Assembly (NCBI GenBank): GCA_043807135.1
Contig: JAZDGF010000003.1
Location: 72,621 to 136,620 of the forward strand
Direction: 5' to 3'
From: Candidatus Levyibacteriota bacterium
Lineage (GTDB): Bacteria; Patescibacteriota; Microgenomatia; Levybacterales; UBA12049
Length of the DNA stretch: 64,000 bases
The notes below the pieces were generated by a model that was given only the letters and a program-made list of their open reading frames with translations, did no database searches and had not been told where the DNA came from. Below are positions 39,776 to 49,667 of the stretch, one piece after another (the stretch's first letter is position 1; each line of letters starts with the position of its first letter). The position numbers and the translations under genes were made by a program.

Positions 39776-42085
39776 TTACCGCGGTTTTCTATTATAGCGA
39801 GGCATTCCACTTTGTGGCCTATTTTGTCTTCCACCCATGTTCTTTGCATGCCATTCTTTTTCACGCTCACGTCTAAATTGCATTGCCAATGGATGATCGG
39901 TTTTAGCTCCTTGAAAAGAATCTCCACTTCTTTGAGGATCATTCTCTCTTCCCTCACTTTTTTTATCTCCTCCTTCTGCATTTTCTCCAAATAGCATAGA
40001 AAGATTAATTCTTCCTTGTTCATCAATCTCAATAACTTTTACTTTTACTTTTTGTCCAATAGAGACTACATCGTTTGGATCTTTAACAAATTCTGTAGAC
40101 ATTTTGGAAACATGTACCATTCCTTCTTTACCTGGTAAAATTTCAATAAATGCTCCGAAAGGAAGAATTCTTTTTACTTCCCCTTCAAAAACCTCTCCTG
40201 AAGTTACTTCGCGAACTAAACCTTTTATCCAATCAACCGCTTTTTGTACTGCTTCTTCCGAAGTTCCCGAAATTGCCACTGAACCATCGTCTTCAACATC
40301 TACTGTTGCACCTGTTGTAGCAATAATATTTTTAATTATTTTTCCTCCCGGACCAATAACTTCACCTATTTTTTCAACTGGAATTTTAACCATTTCAATC
40401 TTTGGTGCATATTCTGAAACTTCTTCTCTTACATGAGGCATAACAGAAAGCATTTTTTCTAAAATAAATATTCTTGCAGTTTTTGCTTTTTCTAAAGCTT
40501 CAGCAATTTGTTCAAAGGTAATACCTGCAATTTTAACATCTAGTTGAATTGCAGTAATGCCATCTTTTGATCCTGCAATTTTAAAGTCCATGTCTCCGGA
40601 AAAATCTTCTAAACCCAAGATATCTGTTAGGATTTGATATTTTTCAGAGGAGCTCATAAGCCCCATGGCAATTCCTGCAATCGGATTTTTAATTGGAACT
40701 CCAGCATCCATTAAAGCGAGTGTTGATCCGCATGTTGCTGCCATAGAAGTTGAACCGTTAGAAGAAAGAATTTCTGAAACTACTCTTATTGTGTAAGGAA
40801 ACTTGGCTTGATCCGGAATAACTGGCTCAAGAGCTCTTTCCGCCAAAGCTCCATGTCCGATTTCTCTTCTTGAAGGAATTCCAATTCTTCCTGTTTCTCC
40901 AACAGAATATGGAGGCATTGAATAATGGTGCATATATTTTTTAGACTCTTCTCCTTCTGCCGATTCAATTAACTGCTCTAGCCTTGGAGATCCTAAGGTT
41001 ACAACCGTAAGTCCTTGTGTCTGTCCTCTTTGAAAAATTGCCGATCCGTGAGTTCTTGGTAAAAGTGAAACTCGTGAAGAAATTTCTCTTATCTCATCCA
41101 TTTTTCTTCCATCCGGTCTAATTCCTTTTTTAAGAATGTTTTCTCTAATACTTGCAAAAAGTACATATTCTATTGCTTTGGCAATGCTTTTTTTGTCTAT
41201 TGAAAATTCAGGATTTGCCGATTGTTCTCTTTCAAAAACTGCATCCACTAAATCTCCTGCTCCGTCTCCGCTTGATTCTTTACTAAGTCTATTTTTAAGA
41301 AGCGCAACTGCCTCCTCCTTGTATGATTTTTGGATTAAGGCTTTTGCTTCTTCAAGTTTTTGATCAGGGCTAACCGTCTCCTTTTTTTCTCCTGCTTCTT
41401 TAACAAATTTTTCAATAAATTCAATTATTTTTTTGTTTTCTTCGTGTGCTTTTTTAATTGCTCCTAAAACTATCTCTTCCGAAACTTGGGTTGCTCCTGC
41501 TTCAAGCATTAAGGTTTTTTCTTTATTTTGAGTTGCAATCAAATCAAGTTCTGAAAAATCAGATTCGGCATGACCGGGATTAACAAAATATTCAAAATTT
41601 CCATTATTTGGTTCTTTTACAAAACCTATTCTTACTGCTGCTATAGGACCATTCCAGGGAATTCTTGATGCAGCAAGTGCTGCTGAGACAGCATTAATTG
41701 ATAAGATATCAGGCTCGTTTTCTCCATCAACAGAAAGAACAGTTATTATAATTTGCACTTCTTTTTTAAATTCTTTTGGAAAAAGAGGCCTAATTGACCT
41801 ATCAATAAGTCTTGCGATTAGAATAGAATCATCTGAAGGTCTCCCTTCTCTTTTTACCCAACGGCTTCCTTTAATTCTTCCACCTGCGTAAAGTCTTTCA
41901 ACATACTCAACCATCAGGGGAAAATAATCAATATCTTCTCTTTGTTTTCCTTCTGTAACAGTTACCAAAACCATAGTATCTCCCATTCTTGCCAGAACAG
42001 AAGATGTAGCTTGGTTTGCCAGCTCATCTGTCTCAAAGGTTATTTTTTTACCTTCTAATTCTAGTTCTACTGAGGTTTTCTTCAT
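39776..42085 (-). CDS. pnp: Polyribonucleotide nucleotidyltransferase (PNPase)
   Basis: Two RNase PH domains, RREIGHG, SNGSTSMA, GDMDFK, KH and S1 domains. Confidence 0.98.
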   Translation of the reverse strand: MKKTSVELELEGKKITFETDELANQATSSVLARMGDTMVLVTVTEGKQREDIDYFPLMVEYVERLYAGGRIKGSRWVKREGRPSDDSILIARLIDRSIRPLFPKEFKKEVQIIITVLSVDGENEPDILSINAVSAALAASRIPWNGPIAAVRIGFVKEPNNGNFEYFVNPGHAESDFSELDLIATQNKEKTLMLEAGATQVSEEIVLGAIKKAHEENKKIIEFIEKFVKEAGEKKETVSPDQKLEEAKALIQKSYKEEAVALLKNRLSKESSGDGAGDLVDAVFEREQSANPEFSIDKKSIAKAIEYVLFASIRENILKKGIRPDGRKMDEIREISSRVSLLPRTHGSAIFQRGQTQGLTVVTLGSPRLEQLIESAEGEESKKYMHHYSMPPYSVGETGRIGIPSRREIGHGALAERALEPVIPDQAKFPYTIRVVSEILSSNGSTSMAATCGSTLALMDAGVPIKNPIAGIAMGLMSSSEKYQILTDILGLEDFSGDMDFKIAGSKDGITAIQLDVKIAGITFEQIAEALEKAKTARIFILEKMLSVMPHVREEVSEYAPKIEMVKIPVEKIGEVIGPGGKIIKNIIATTGATVDVEDDGSVAISGTSEEAVQKAVDWIKGLVREVTSGEVFEGEVKRILPFGAFIEILPGKEGMVHVSKMSTEFVKDPNDVVSIGQKVKVKVIEIDEQGRINLSMLFGENAEGGDKKSEGRENDPQRSGDSFQGAKTDHPLAMQFRREREKEWHAKNMGGRQNRPQSGMPRYNRKPR

Positions 42086-42089
42086 TTAT

Positions 42090-42359
42090 TTAATTCTTTA
42101 ATCCTATCTTTTTCTCGATTTCAGAGGAGCGTTTTGCGTCCACTTTTTTTAAGAAATTAATAAGTCTTCTCCTTTTTGCAATCATTGATAAAAGTCCACG
42201 TCTTGAATGATTATCATGATCATGTGCTTTTAAGTGTTCTGTTAATTTAGCAATTCTTGTTGATAAAAGAGCAACCTGAACTTCAGGACTCCCTGTATCA
42301 CCCTGTACTGTTTGAAATTTTTTAATAATGTCTTGCTTTTGTGAAGTACTAAGCGGCAT
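42090..42359 (-). CDS. rpsO: 30S ribosomal protein S15
   Basis: DTGSPEVQVALL, HDNHSRRGLL. Confidence 0.98.
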   Translation of the reverse strand: MPLSTSQKQDIIKKFQTVQGDTGSPEVQVALLSTRIAKLTEHLKAHDHDNHSRRGLLSMIAKRRRLINFLKKVDAKRSSEIEKKIGLKN

Positions 42360-42414
42360 ATCTAATATATTCTTTAAACTGAGAATCTAATAATTTATTC
42401 TTGTTTATTTGGGT

Positions 42415-42443
42415 ATTATAGCAGTTATTCTTAGGATTTACAA
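42415..42443 (-). promoter_or_regulatory. rpsO-pnp promoter
   Basis: TTGTAA-N17-TATAAT with extended TG. Confidence 0.6.
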
Positions 42444-42447
42444 TCAT

Positions 42448-43467
42448 TTAAAAATTGGTCGATCCTTTGTAGATTTTTGGCGCAAGCCAATCCTCTGGAG
42501 GGTTTTCAATTTGCTTTTCTTTTTCAACTTGTTCAATTGGAGTAACTTCATCAGTTTTTTTAGCTGCCGGTGCAATTTCCGGTTGGTTGCTTAATTTTTC
42601 TTCCTGTCTTTTTTGCGATTCAATAATTTGTTTTCTAAGTCTTTCCATCACTTCTTCTGAGCTTTGAGTTGTTTGCTGTTGAGGTCTTTGCACAGTTTGT
42701 GATGGCTCAAAATTTGTTGCTCTTTGCCTTACCAGGGAAGTTCTTCTTGCTCCATTTCTTATTAAAGCACCTGCCATTTCAAATGCTAAGGAGCTAGTTT
42801 CCGGATTTTGGAAATCATTAGTTGTAAATGAAATTCCTGACAAAAGATTTTGAGAAATATCTTGATCCATTGGAAGACCAAGAAATAGAATTAAACTCGC
42901 AATAATTTCTGAAACAGAAGAAGCTTTTGGATCTACTAAAACAACATCTCCAAAACCTTGATTCTCAGATTTATTGTCAATATTAATTACTTTTGTATCT
43001 TTAAGATCTGCAACGTCAAAAATCGTACTAAAATCAGTAAGCCTTGGAGAACCAATAGTAAATAAAATGTTTGGAGTATTTGAAGCACCACTTGTAAACT
43101 TAATATCTTTTTGGGAAAAATTAAGTCCTTGAGGTCCTGCTTTTACAATAATATTTAGTAATTCATTTTCTAAAGTATAAGAAACTTTTTCTATTTCTCC
43201 ATCTTTATACGGAAATGATACTACCAAATCTCCACCTGATATTCCTAAACTTGTTTTTACTTTATTTATACCTACTAAATTAGATATTTCAACAATCGGC
43301 TGATCAGGAGCTGCAATAGAAACTGTTTTTCCAGAAGAAACTAATGCAAGATACAAAGAAAGGGCAGCGCCCATATCATCAAGGCTTGGGTTTTTTCCAG
43401 CCACAATACCAAAAGTATTTGCCGTATTTAATAGATCTTTAATTTGTTTAAAAGTAAATGTATCCAT
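42448..43467 (-). CDS. DHH/NrnA-like protein with degenerate active site
   Basis: NPSLDDMGAALSL, INIDNKSEN (DHH position), ASSVSEI; nrnA-like position after infB. Confidence 0.7.
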   Translation of the reverse strand: MDTFTFKQIKDLLNTANTFGIVAGKNPSLDDMGAALSLYLALVSSGKTVSIAAPDQPIVEISNLVGINKVKTSLGISGGDLVVSFPYKDGEIEKVSYTLENELLNIIVKAGPQGLNFSQKDIKFTSGASNTPNILFTIGSPRLTDFSTIFDVADLKDTKVINIDNKSENQGFGDVVLVDPKASSVSEIIASLILFLGLPMDQDISQNLLSGISFTTNDFQNPETSSLAFEMAGALIRNGARRTSLVRQRATNFEPSQTVQRPQQQTTQSSEEVMERLRKQIIESQKRQEEKLSNQPEIAPAAKKTDEVTPIEQVEKEKQIENPPEDWLAPKIYKGSTNF

Positions 43468-43478
43468 ATGTCTATTTT

Positions 43479-44930
43479 TTAGTTATGGCATATTAACATA
43501 TCGCCTATAGTAAAGTCAAGGAGAGGGGATATTACAATTCCTGCCTCTTGCCCTTTTTCTACTTTTGAGGTTGAATTTTTGCCAATTCTTACTGAGTTTA
43601 CATTACTTTCTCCAACAACTTCTTTATCTCTCATTAGCCTCACTCGGTCACCTTTGGCAACTCTTCCTTCCAAAACTGAAATGCCAAGTGCTTTTCCTTT
43701 CTCAAAAGGAAATGAGGCAAGTATTTTTGCTCTACCGTAAATCTGTTCCTGCATAGCAAGTTTTTTACCCTCTAGTAAATCTTTAACTTCTTCTATTATT
43801 TCGTAAATTAAGTTGTAATTTCTAAGTAAAACTTTTTCTGCTTCGGCAAGCTTTAAAACATCTTGTTTTATTTTTATATTAAATCCTAAAATTACCGCGC
43901 CAGTTGATTTGGCAAAAAGAATATCTGACGTTTCAATATCACCTGTTTTTGAAGAAAGAATTTTAAGCTCACTAGGAAGTGAACTTATCAAAGCTTCAAG
44001 CGATCCATAAGTATCGGCACAAATAATAAAAGAGGGCATTCCCTCTTGAGATTTTTGAACCTCTTCTTCTTGCAATTCAGAGCTTCCCAGTTCTTTTTTT
44101 TCTTTAATTTTTGAATTAACAATTTCACCTATCTTAGGAGCATTTTCAAAACCTAAAATTTCTACTGCTTCTCCTACGGTTGCTTCTTTTAGTTGTTTTC
44201 CTTTGTCATTTGTTAAACTTCTTACTCTTGCTTTTATACCTCCTGCAAAAATATCACTTCTTACCTTTATTACTCCGTTTTTAATAACAACCGTTGCTTT
44301 TGGACCTGCTTTTGGATCAAGCTTTGACTCTATAACTATCGCTTCAAGCTCTTTTTTTGAAGAATAAGTAAATTTATCCTGATTTACGTCATAAATAAGA
44401 AGAATTAAATCCAAAAGTTCTTTTACGTTATGATTTGACTTTGCAGAAACTTCTATTGAAGGCACGTTTCCACCATAGCTTTCAAGTATTATCTCCTCTT
44501 TTAAAAACTGTTTTTTCACCTTTTCTACACTTATATCCGGAAGGTCAGCTTTTGTTAAAACAACAATAAAAGGAGTTTTTGAAGCTTTTAATAATTCTAT
44601 GCTTTCTTTTGTCTGAGGCTTAATTCCGTCATTTAAAGCAACAATTAAAAGTGCAATATCTGCTGCCCTAAGTCCTCTTCCCCGCATTTGAGAAAAAGCT
44701 TCATGGCCGGGTGTATCTATAAAAGTAATTTTTCGCAGTTTTTCCTCGTGCTTTATTTCTATTTCCGATGCTCCAATTTTCTGAGTAATTCCTCCATGTT
44801 CACGCTCAGCAATGTTTGTTTTTCTAATTGCATCTAAAAGTGTGGTTTTACCGTGATCAACATGCCCTAATACAGCAATTACTGGAGGGTATAAATTTTC
44901 TTTACTATGTTTTTTATTTTTAACATCCAT
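43479..44930 (-). CDS. infB: Translation initiation factor IF-2, short form
   Basis: [29 protein letters not shown]; 483 aa, no N-terminal domain. Confidence 0.96.
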   Translation of the reverse strand: MDVKNKKHSKENLYPPVIAVLGHVDHGKTTLLDAIRKTNIAEREHGGITQKIGASEIEIKHEEKLRKITFIDTPGHEAFSQMRGRGLRAADIALLIVALNDGIKPQTKESIELLKASKTPFIVVLTKADLPDISVEKVKKQFLKEEIILESYGGNVPSIEVSAKSNHNVKELLDLILLIYDVNQDKFTYSSKKELEAIVIESKLDPKAGPKATVVIKNGVIKVRSDIFAGGIKARVRSLTNDKGKQLKEATVGEAVEILGFENAPKIGEIVNSKIKEKKELGSSELQEEEVQKSQEGMPSFIICADTYGSLEALISSLPSELKILSSKTGDIETSDILFAKSTGAVILGFNIKIKQDVLKLAEAEKVLLRNYNLIYEIIEEVKDLLEGKKLAMQEQIYGRAKILASFPFEKGKALGISVLEGRVAKGDRVRLMRDKEVVGESNVNSVRIGKNSTSKVEKGQEAGIVISPLLDFTIGDMLICHN

Positions 44931-44985
44931 AATGTTTTTTTATTAATAAGCTTAAATTTAGAATTTAAAATTACAAATTCCATAA

Positions 44986-46137
44986 TCAGGCTTTATCTTT
45001 TATTTCTTCTGTTTTATTTTTTTTAACTTTTTTAACAGTCTTCTTTTTTGCAACTGTTTTTTTTTCTACCTTTTCTTTCTTAACTTTCTTAACTTTTTCA
45101 TCTTTTTTCACTGTTTTAGCTTTCTTTTTTTCCTTTTTTTCAGGCTTATCGTCTTTTTCTACATCTTTTTCTTCAACCTTTTCTTCTGTCTCCATTCCTT
45201 CAATTTCTATTCTATATCCTGATAATTTTGAGGCAAGTCTTACATTTTGACCTTCTCTGCCGATTGCCAAAGAAAGCTCATCTTCTGCAACTGACACATG
45301 AGCAATTTTTTCTTTTTCATCAATTTCTACTTTAAGATTTTTTGCAGGAGACAAAGCTTGAGCAATATAGCTTTTTGGGTTTTCCTGCCATTGAATAATA
45401 TCTATTTTTTCAAGACCACCAAATTCCTGAATAACTGCCTGAACTCTCACTCCTTTTTGACCAACACAGCTTCCAACAGGATCAATTCCTGACTGAGTGG
45501 AAAATACTGCAATCTTACTTCTTGCACCTGCTTCTCTTGCAATTTCCTTAATTTCAACATTTCCCTGAGCTACTTCAGGAACTTCTCTTTTAAAAAGCCC
45601 TTCCAAGAGTCCGGGGGCAGATCTTGAAACAATAATCTCTTCTCCTTTTAACCCTTCTCTTATCTCTGCTAAATAAACAGCTAGTCTTTGATTTAAATAG
45701 TATTTTTCATTTTGAATTTGATCTTGAGAAGGCATTATTGCTTCAGTTTTTCCAATATCAATAATTATATTTGGTCCAGCAAATCTTAATACCATTCCGT
45801 TTATAATCGATCCTATTTTTAGTCTGTAATCGGTAATTATCGCTTCTTTTTCTTTTTCTCTAATTTTTTGAAGGATTACCTGTTTTGCGGTTTGAGCTGC
45901 AATTCTACCAAAGCCCGGAGGGGTTACGTCTTTTTTGTTATGAAAAATCTTCGCTTCTCCTGTTTGAGAATCAAGACTCGCAGTAAATTCTGTAACTTCT
46001 ATTCCTGGGTGGTCTTTTCTATATGCTGCAACAATAGCATTTCTAACAGTTTCCATAACAACCTCGGGGTCAATTCCCCTTTCGGTTGAAACCTGATTTA
46101 GTGCTAATGCAAATTCGCTTCTTTGTATTGCCGGCAT
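44986..46137 (-). CDS. nusA: Transcription factor NusA with lysine-rich tail
   Basis: FGRIAAQTAKQVI, DPVGSCVGQKG, AIGREGQNVRLA; start moved to ATG 46137. Confidence 0.96.
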   Translation of the reverse strand: MPAIQRSEFALALNQVSTERGIDPEVVMETVRNAIVAAYRKDHPGIEVTEFTASLDSQTGEAKIFHNKKDVTPPGFGRIAAQTAKQVILQKIREKEKEAIITDYRLKIGSIINGMVLRFAGPNIIIDIGKTEAIMPSQDQIQNEKYYLNQRLAVYLAEIREGLKGEEIIVSRSAPGLLEGLFKREVPEVAQGNVEIKEIAREAGARSKIAVFSTQSGIDPVGSCVGQKGVRVQAVIQEFGGLEKIDIIQWQENPKSYIAQALSPAKNLKVEIDEKEKIAHVSVAEDELSLAIGREGQNVRLASKLSGYRIEIEGMETEEKVEEKDVEKDDKPEKKEKKKAKTVKKDEKVKKVKKEKVEKKTVAKKKTVKKVKKNKTEEIKDKA

Positions 46138-46144
46138 ATTTTTT

Positions 46145-46226
46145 AAAAAAATGGCGGGCTTAATCCCCACCATCTCAAATGCTCCTTAATTGAATTCATT
46201 TTAGCAGATTTAACCTCTTCAGTCAA
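46145..46226 (-). promoter_or_regulatory. nusA promoter and rimP-leader-like attenuator hairpin
   Basis: TTGACT-N17-TAAAAT, then ATGGTGGG-GATTAAG-CCCGCCAT plus T-tract just before ATG. Confidence 0.7.
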
Positions 46227-46347
46227 CCAAAAACAACCCAGTGGATTACCTCTTTTTAAAAACACCTCTTTATATAAGAGATGTTATTTGCTAATATTGA
46301 CCTACTACTTAGACTAGCTCATTTGGAATTTTAGGGGGTGAGTAAAT

Positions 46348-46596
46348 TTGAAAAAAGACTTAATCGGAAAAGTAATTCATTATTACGACAAAATCGGAGT
46401 TGCCGTAATAAAATTGGATAAAGGGCTTAAAACCGGGGATAAAATAAAATTTGTAAAGGGCGACCACGAGTTTGAACAAATAGCCGATTCAATACAACTT
46501 GAGCACGAACAAATCTCAGAGGGTAAAAAAGGAGATGAAATTGCTTTGAAAGTTGATAAAGAGGCTGGCTCGGGAACTTTAGTTTATATAGCCTAA
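46348..46596 (+). CDS. Small beta-barrel protein (translation elongation factor-like / U32 peptidase C-terminal-like)
   Basis: IGKVIHYYDKIGVAVI, LKTGDKI, FEQIADSIQ, KKGDEIALKV; TTG start preceded by GGGGGTGA. Confidence 0.75.
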   Translation: MKKDLIGKVIHYYDKIGVAVIKLDKGLKTGDKIKFVKGDHEFEQIADSIQLEHEQISEGKKGDEIALKVDKEAGSGTLVYIA

Positions 46597-46746
46597 TACA
46601 TATTTATATATTTATGCCACACAATGTGCAATGAACGACGCAAACTTGTCGTACAACCTCTAATTTGCTACGCGTCGAGGCTAAGTATATTACTCTAAGC
46701 TATATCTTCTTAGTGATTTTTGCCTTTGGATTAAAAATTTCCAGCC

Positions 46747-47256
46747 TTAAAAAGTATTCTGCACTACTCTTATTTCAACTAATTGACTTGAAGCTTGTTT
46801 TGTAATTTCTATACCTATTTCTTGATGTTCATCTGCTCCTGAAAGCTTATTTAAAACATTTCCGTTTGTACTTGTTGAAACAAAAGAAACAGCATTCATT
46901 CCTATTTCTCTAATTCTTTCTTTATACCAATTTGTTATTTGTCCTACATCATCATAACTTTGCAAATTAATTGCGTTTCCTGAGTTACTTAGTTGCTGTG
47001 AATTAGGATAAACCCAAGTATTGCTTATTCCCTGTACCTGTTTTACTTCACTTGTAAAAGTAGGAGTATTTTCAATTATTGTATTTGTTTGAATCGGTAT
47101 CTTTGTTGGAATAGGTGTAGGTGTTTTTTCTTCTAAAACAGGTGTTGGCGTTAATATTTTTGGCGCAAATGTTTTTTCGTCTTGTCTTAAAACAGAACTT
47201 TTAGAAAAAAGAATAAACAAGACTAATAAGATAAGAAGAATTTTTAAACTATTCAC
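46747..47256 (-). CDS. Exported/membrane-anchored hypothetical protein
   Basis: N-terminal TM, Pro/Thr linker, WVYPNS...ITNWYKE domain; GTG start. Confidence 0.7.
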   Translation of the reverse strand: MNSLKILLILLVLFILFSKSSVLRQDEKTFAPKILTPTPVLEEKTPTPIPTKIPIQTNTIIENTPTFTSEVKQVQGISNTWVYPNSQQLSNSGNAINLQSYDDVGQITNWYKERIREIGMNAVSFVSTSTNGNVLNKLSGADEHQEIGIEITKQASSQLVEIRVVQNTF

Positions 47257-47284
47257 AATCTATATTATAGAGGATTAATGCAAG

Positions 47285-49666
47285 TTAATTAATATTTACA
47301 ATAAGTTCGTTTTCCTTACCTACTGAAAGAGAAACTTTATTTCCTCTGTTTATTTCTCCTGATAAAATCTTTTTTGCAATATTATCTTCTATGCCATTTT
47401 GAATAAAACGTTTTAATGGTCTTGCTCCAAATTGCTCGTCAAATCCTTCGCTTGAAACTTTTTTAACAATATTTTCATCAAAACTAAGATTAACGTCTTT
47501 TTCGGCAATTCTTCTTACCAAATCTTCTAAAAGCATTTTTGAAATTAACATAACCTGTTCTAATCCTAATGGTTTAAATACAATTGTGTCATCAAATCTG
47601 TTTATAAGTTCTGGTTTAAATATTCCGTTTATCTGCAAAAACTCAAATAATCTTTCTTTAAATGCCTTATCTAAAACAATTGATTTTTTAACTTCTTCAC
47701 GAATGAACTCAGAGGCTGCATTTGAAGTTGCAATAATAATTGTATTTGCAAAAGAGACAGTTTTTCCTTTATTGTCAGTTAATCTTCCATCATCTAAAAC
47801 CTGAAGAAATAAATCGAGAATTCTTGGATGTGCTTTTTCAAATTCATCAAGCAAAACCAGAGAATATGGATTATCATAAACTTTATCCGTTAATTCTCCT
47901 TTTTCAGATCCTTCTCCAGGAAGAGCACCAAGAAGTCTTTTACCACTATCTTCCTGTGAGTACTCACTCATATCAAGTCTTATCATCCGTTCACTTGATC
48001 CATAATAACTTTCTGCTAAGGCTTTTGCAGTTTCTGTTTTCCCAACTCCGGTAGGACCCATGAATAAAAAGGAAATTGGCCTTCTTTGATCTGTCAGACC
48101 TGATCTAAGCCTTCTCATTGCTTCTGAAATTGCCACAACTGCCTCATCTTGATCAATAACTCTTTTATGAATTTGTTCCTCCAGATGTAGAAGCAATTGC
48201 TTTTCTTTTTCTTTTGGAATGCCTATCGCACTTTTTATCTTTCTTTCTAAGAAAGAGATAATATCTTCTTCTTCGAGTATATTTTTACCGTTTGCTAATG
48301 CAAAAGTTGAAGCATCTTCTAAGAGAACAATTGCAGAGCCAGGAAGAACCAAATTTCTATTGTATTTATCTGCATAATTTAAAGAGGCAAGAAGTCCTCT
48401 GTAGCTTATTTGAATATTCTTGCTTTTTTCCACATACCAAGCATTTCTAAAAAGCATCATAAGAGCAGTATTTTTATCAGGCACATCAAGCCTTATTGTT
48501 TGTAAGGCACCCATTAGCTCATGCCTTTGTTCAATTTGCTTTTTAAAAGCAACTGGAGTTGTAGTTGTAATTAATCTGATTACTCCTTTTTCAATATATG
48601 GGATGAGGGCAGAAGATAAATCTAACTTGTATGAAGAATTACCTAATATATTTTCAAAATCCTTAACTAAAATAATGATATCCCCTGCATGAGCAAGTTC
48701 CACAACCATTAATCCAAGTCTTTCTTCAAGCTCTCCTTGACTTTCTGCTCCTGCTAAAAAAGAATCTACCATTAATTGAAAAATTCTTTGGTGATAAAGA
48801 TTTCCTTTTAGTTTTCCAGAATAACTATCAAGAGCTAACTTTTGAATTAAAGAATCCTTGCCACTTCCCGGCTCACCAATAATAAGCACGCTTTTTTTCT
48901 CCATAAGTCCTTCTAGGAGCATTTTATATTCTTCATCTCTTCCAATTATTTCAGGGCTTCTTCTTAAGATTTCTGAAGTTAAATCAACCATATATTTTTT
49001 AATTTCAATTGTCCATCCGTAAACCCATGGTTCACCAACTCCCTCTCCCCAAAACTCCACTCTATTGTGTTTTGTTTTTTCAAGCTTATCAAAGCTCATT
49101 CTTGCCCAAATTAAAATTCTTAATAAATCATCTTCCTTAAGTTTATTTTTAAAAAGTAGTTTTGTTTTATCCTCTGTGTTTAAAAAGTAAGCTGCAAAAA
49201 CATCAACTTCTGTTACAAAATTTCCGTTTATTTTTTTTACCAAGTACATTGCTGTTTGCATAAGCTTTTCTTTGAAAACACTTTCTTTTACTAAATCCTC
49301 TTTTTTAATATCCATTTTAGTTAACATAAATTTCCCAATTTTTTGTTTTTTTAGTTTTTCTAAGATTTCACTTTCATGATCAAAACAAAGAACAATTGCT
49401 TCAAGAGTAAAGGAATTAAAAATATCTTCCTTATTTTCCAAAACTTTTACACTTGGAAACTTTCGATAGATTTTTCTCTTAAAGAAAATTTCAATAATTA
49501 AGAATAGGCAAAGGAAAAATAACGGAAATTTAATGTTGACTAGTTTTTGAGGAATAATTAAGAACTGATTAACTACTGCAATAATTAGAAGAGCAAATAT
49601 TAAAAACCTTATTAATTCTATAATTCTTGAGGAGTAAAAATAATAAAGCTTTGCGTAATTTTTCAT
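47285..49666 (-). CDS. Membrane-anchored Clp/Hsp100-family AAA+ ATPase with degenerate first AAA domain
   Basis: Two N-terminal TMs; D1 GEPGSGKDS and LVKDFE; D2 GPTGVGKTE, LLDEFEK, GRLTDNKG, GARPLKR. Confidence 0.88.
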   Translation of the reverse strand: MKNYAKLYYFYSSRIIELIRFLIFALLIIAVVNQFLIIPQKLVNIKFPLFFLCLFLIIEIFFKRKIYRKFPSVKVLENKEDIFNSFTLEAIVLCFDHESEILEKLKKQKIGKFMLTKMDIKKEDLVKESVFKEKLMQTAMYLVKKINGNFVTEVDVFAAYFLNTEDKTKLLFKNKLKEDDLLRILIWARMSFDKLEKTKHNRVEFWGEGVGEPWVYGWTIEIKKYMVDLTSEILRRSPEIIGRDEEYKMLLEGLMEKKSVLIIGEPGSGKDSLIQKLALDSYSGKLKGNLYHQRIFQLMVDSFLAGAESQGELEERLGLMVVELAHAGDIIILVKDFENILGNSSYKLDLSSALIPYIEKGVIRLITTTTPVAFKKQIEQRHELMGALQTIRLDVPDKNTALMMLFRNAWYVEKSKNIQISYRGLLASLNYADKYNRNLVLPGSAIVLLEDASTFALANGKNILEEEDIISFLERKIKSAIGIPKEKEKQLLLHLEEQIHKRVIDQDEAVVAISEAMRRLRSGLTDQRRPISFLFMGPTGVGKTETAKALAESYYGSSERMIRLDMSEYSQEDSGKRLLGALPGEGSEKGELTDKVYDNPYSLVLLDEFEKAHPRILDLFLQVLDDGRLTDNKGKTVSFANTIIIATSNAASEFIREEVKKSIVLDKAFKERLFEFLQINGIFKPELINRFDDTIVFKPLGLEQVMLISKMLLEDLVRRIAEKDVNLSFDENIVKKVSSEGFDEQFGARPLKRFIQNGIEDNIAKKILSGEINRGNKVSLSVGKENELIVNIN

Positions 49667-49667
49667 A

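Noticed and set aside
44986-45200. DNA tandem repeat in the nusA 3' end
   Set aside because: Low-complexity Lys/Glu codons with no fixed nucleotide unit
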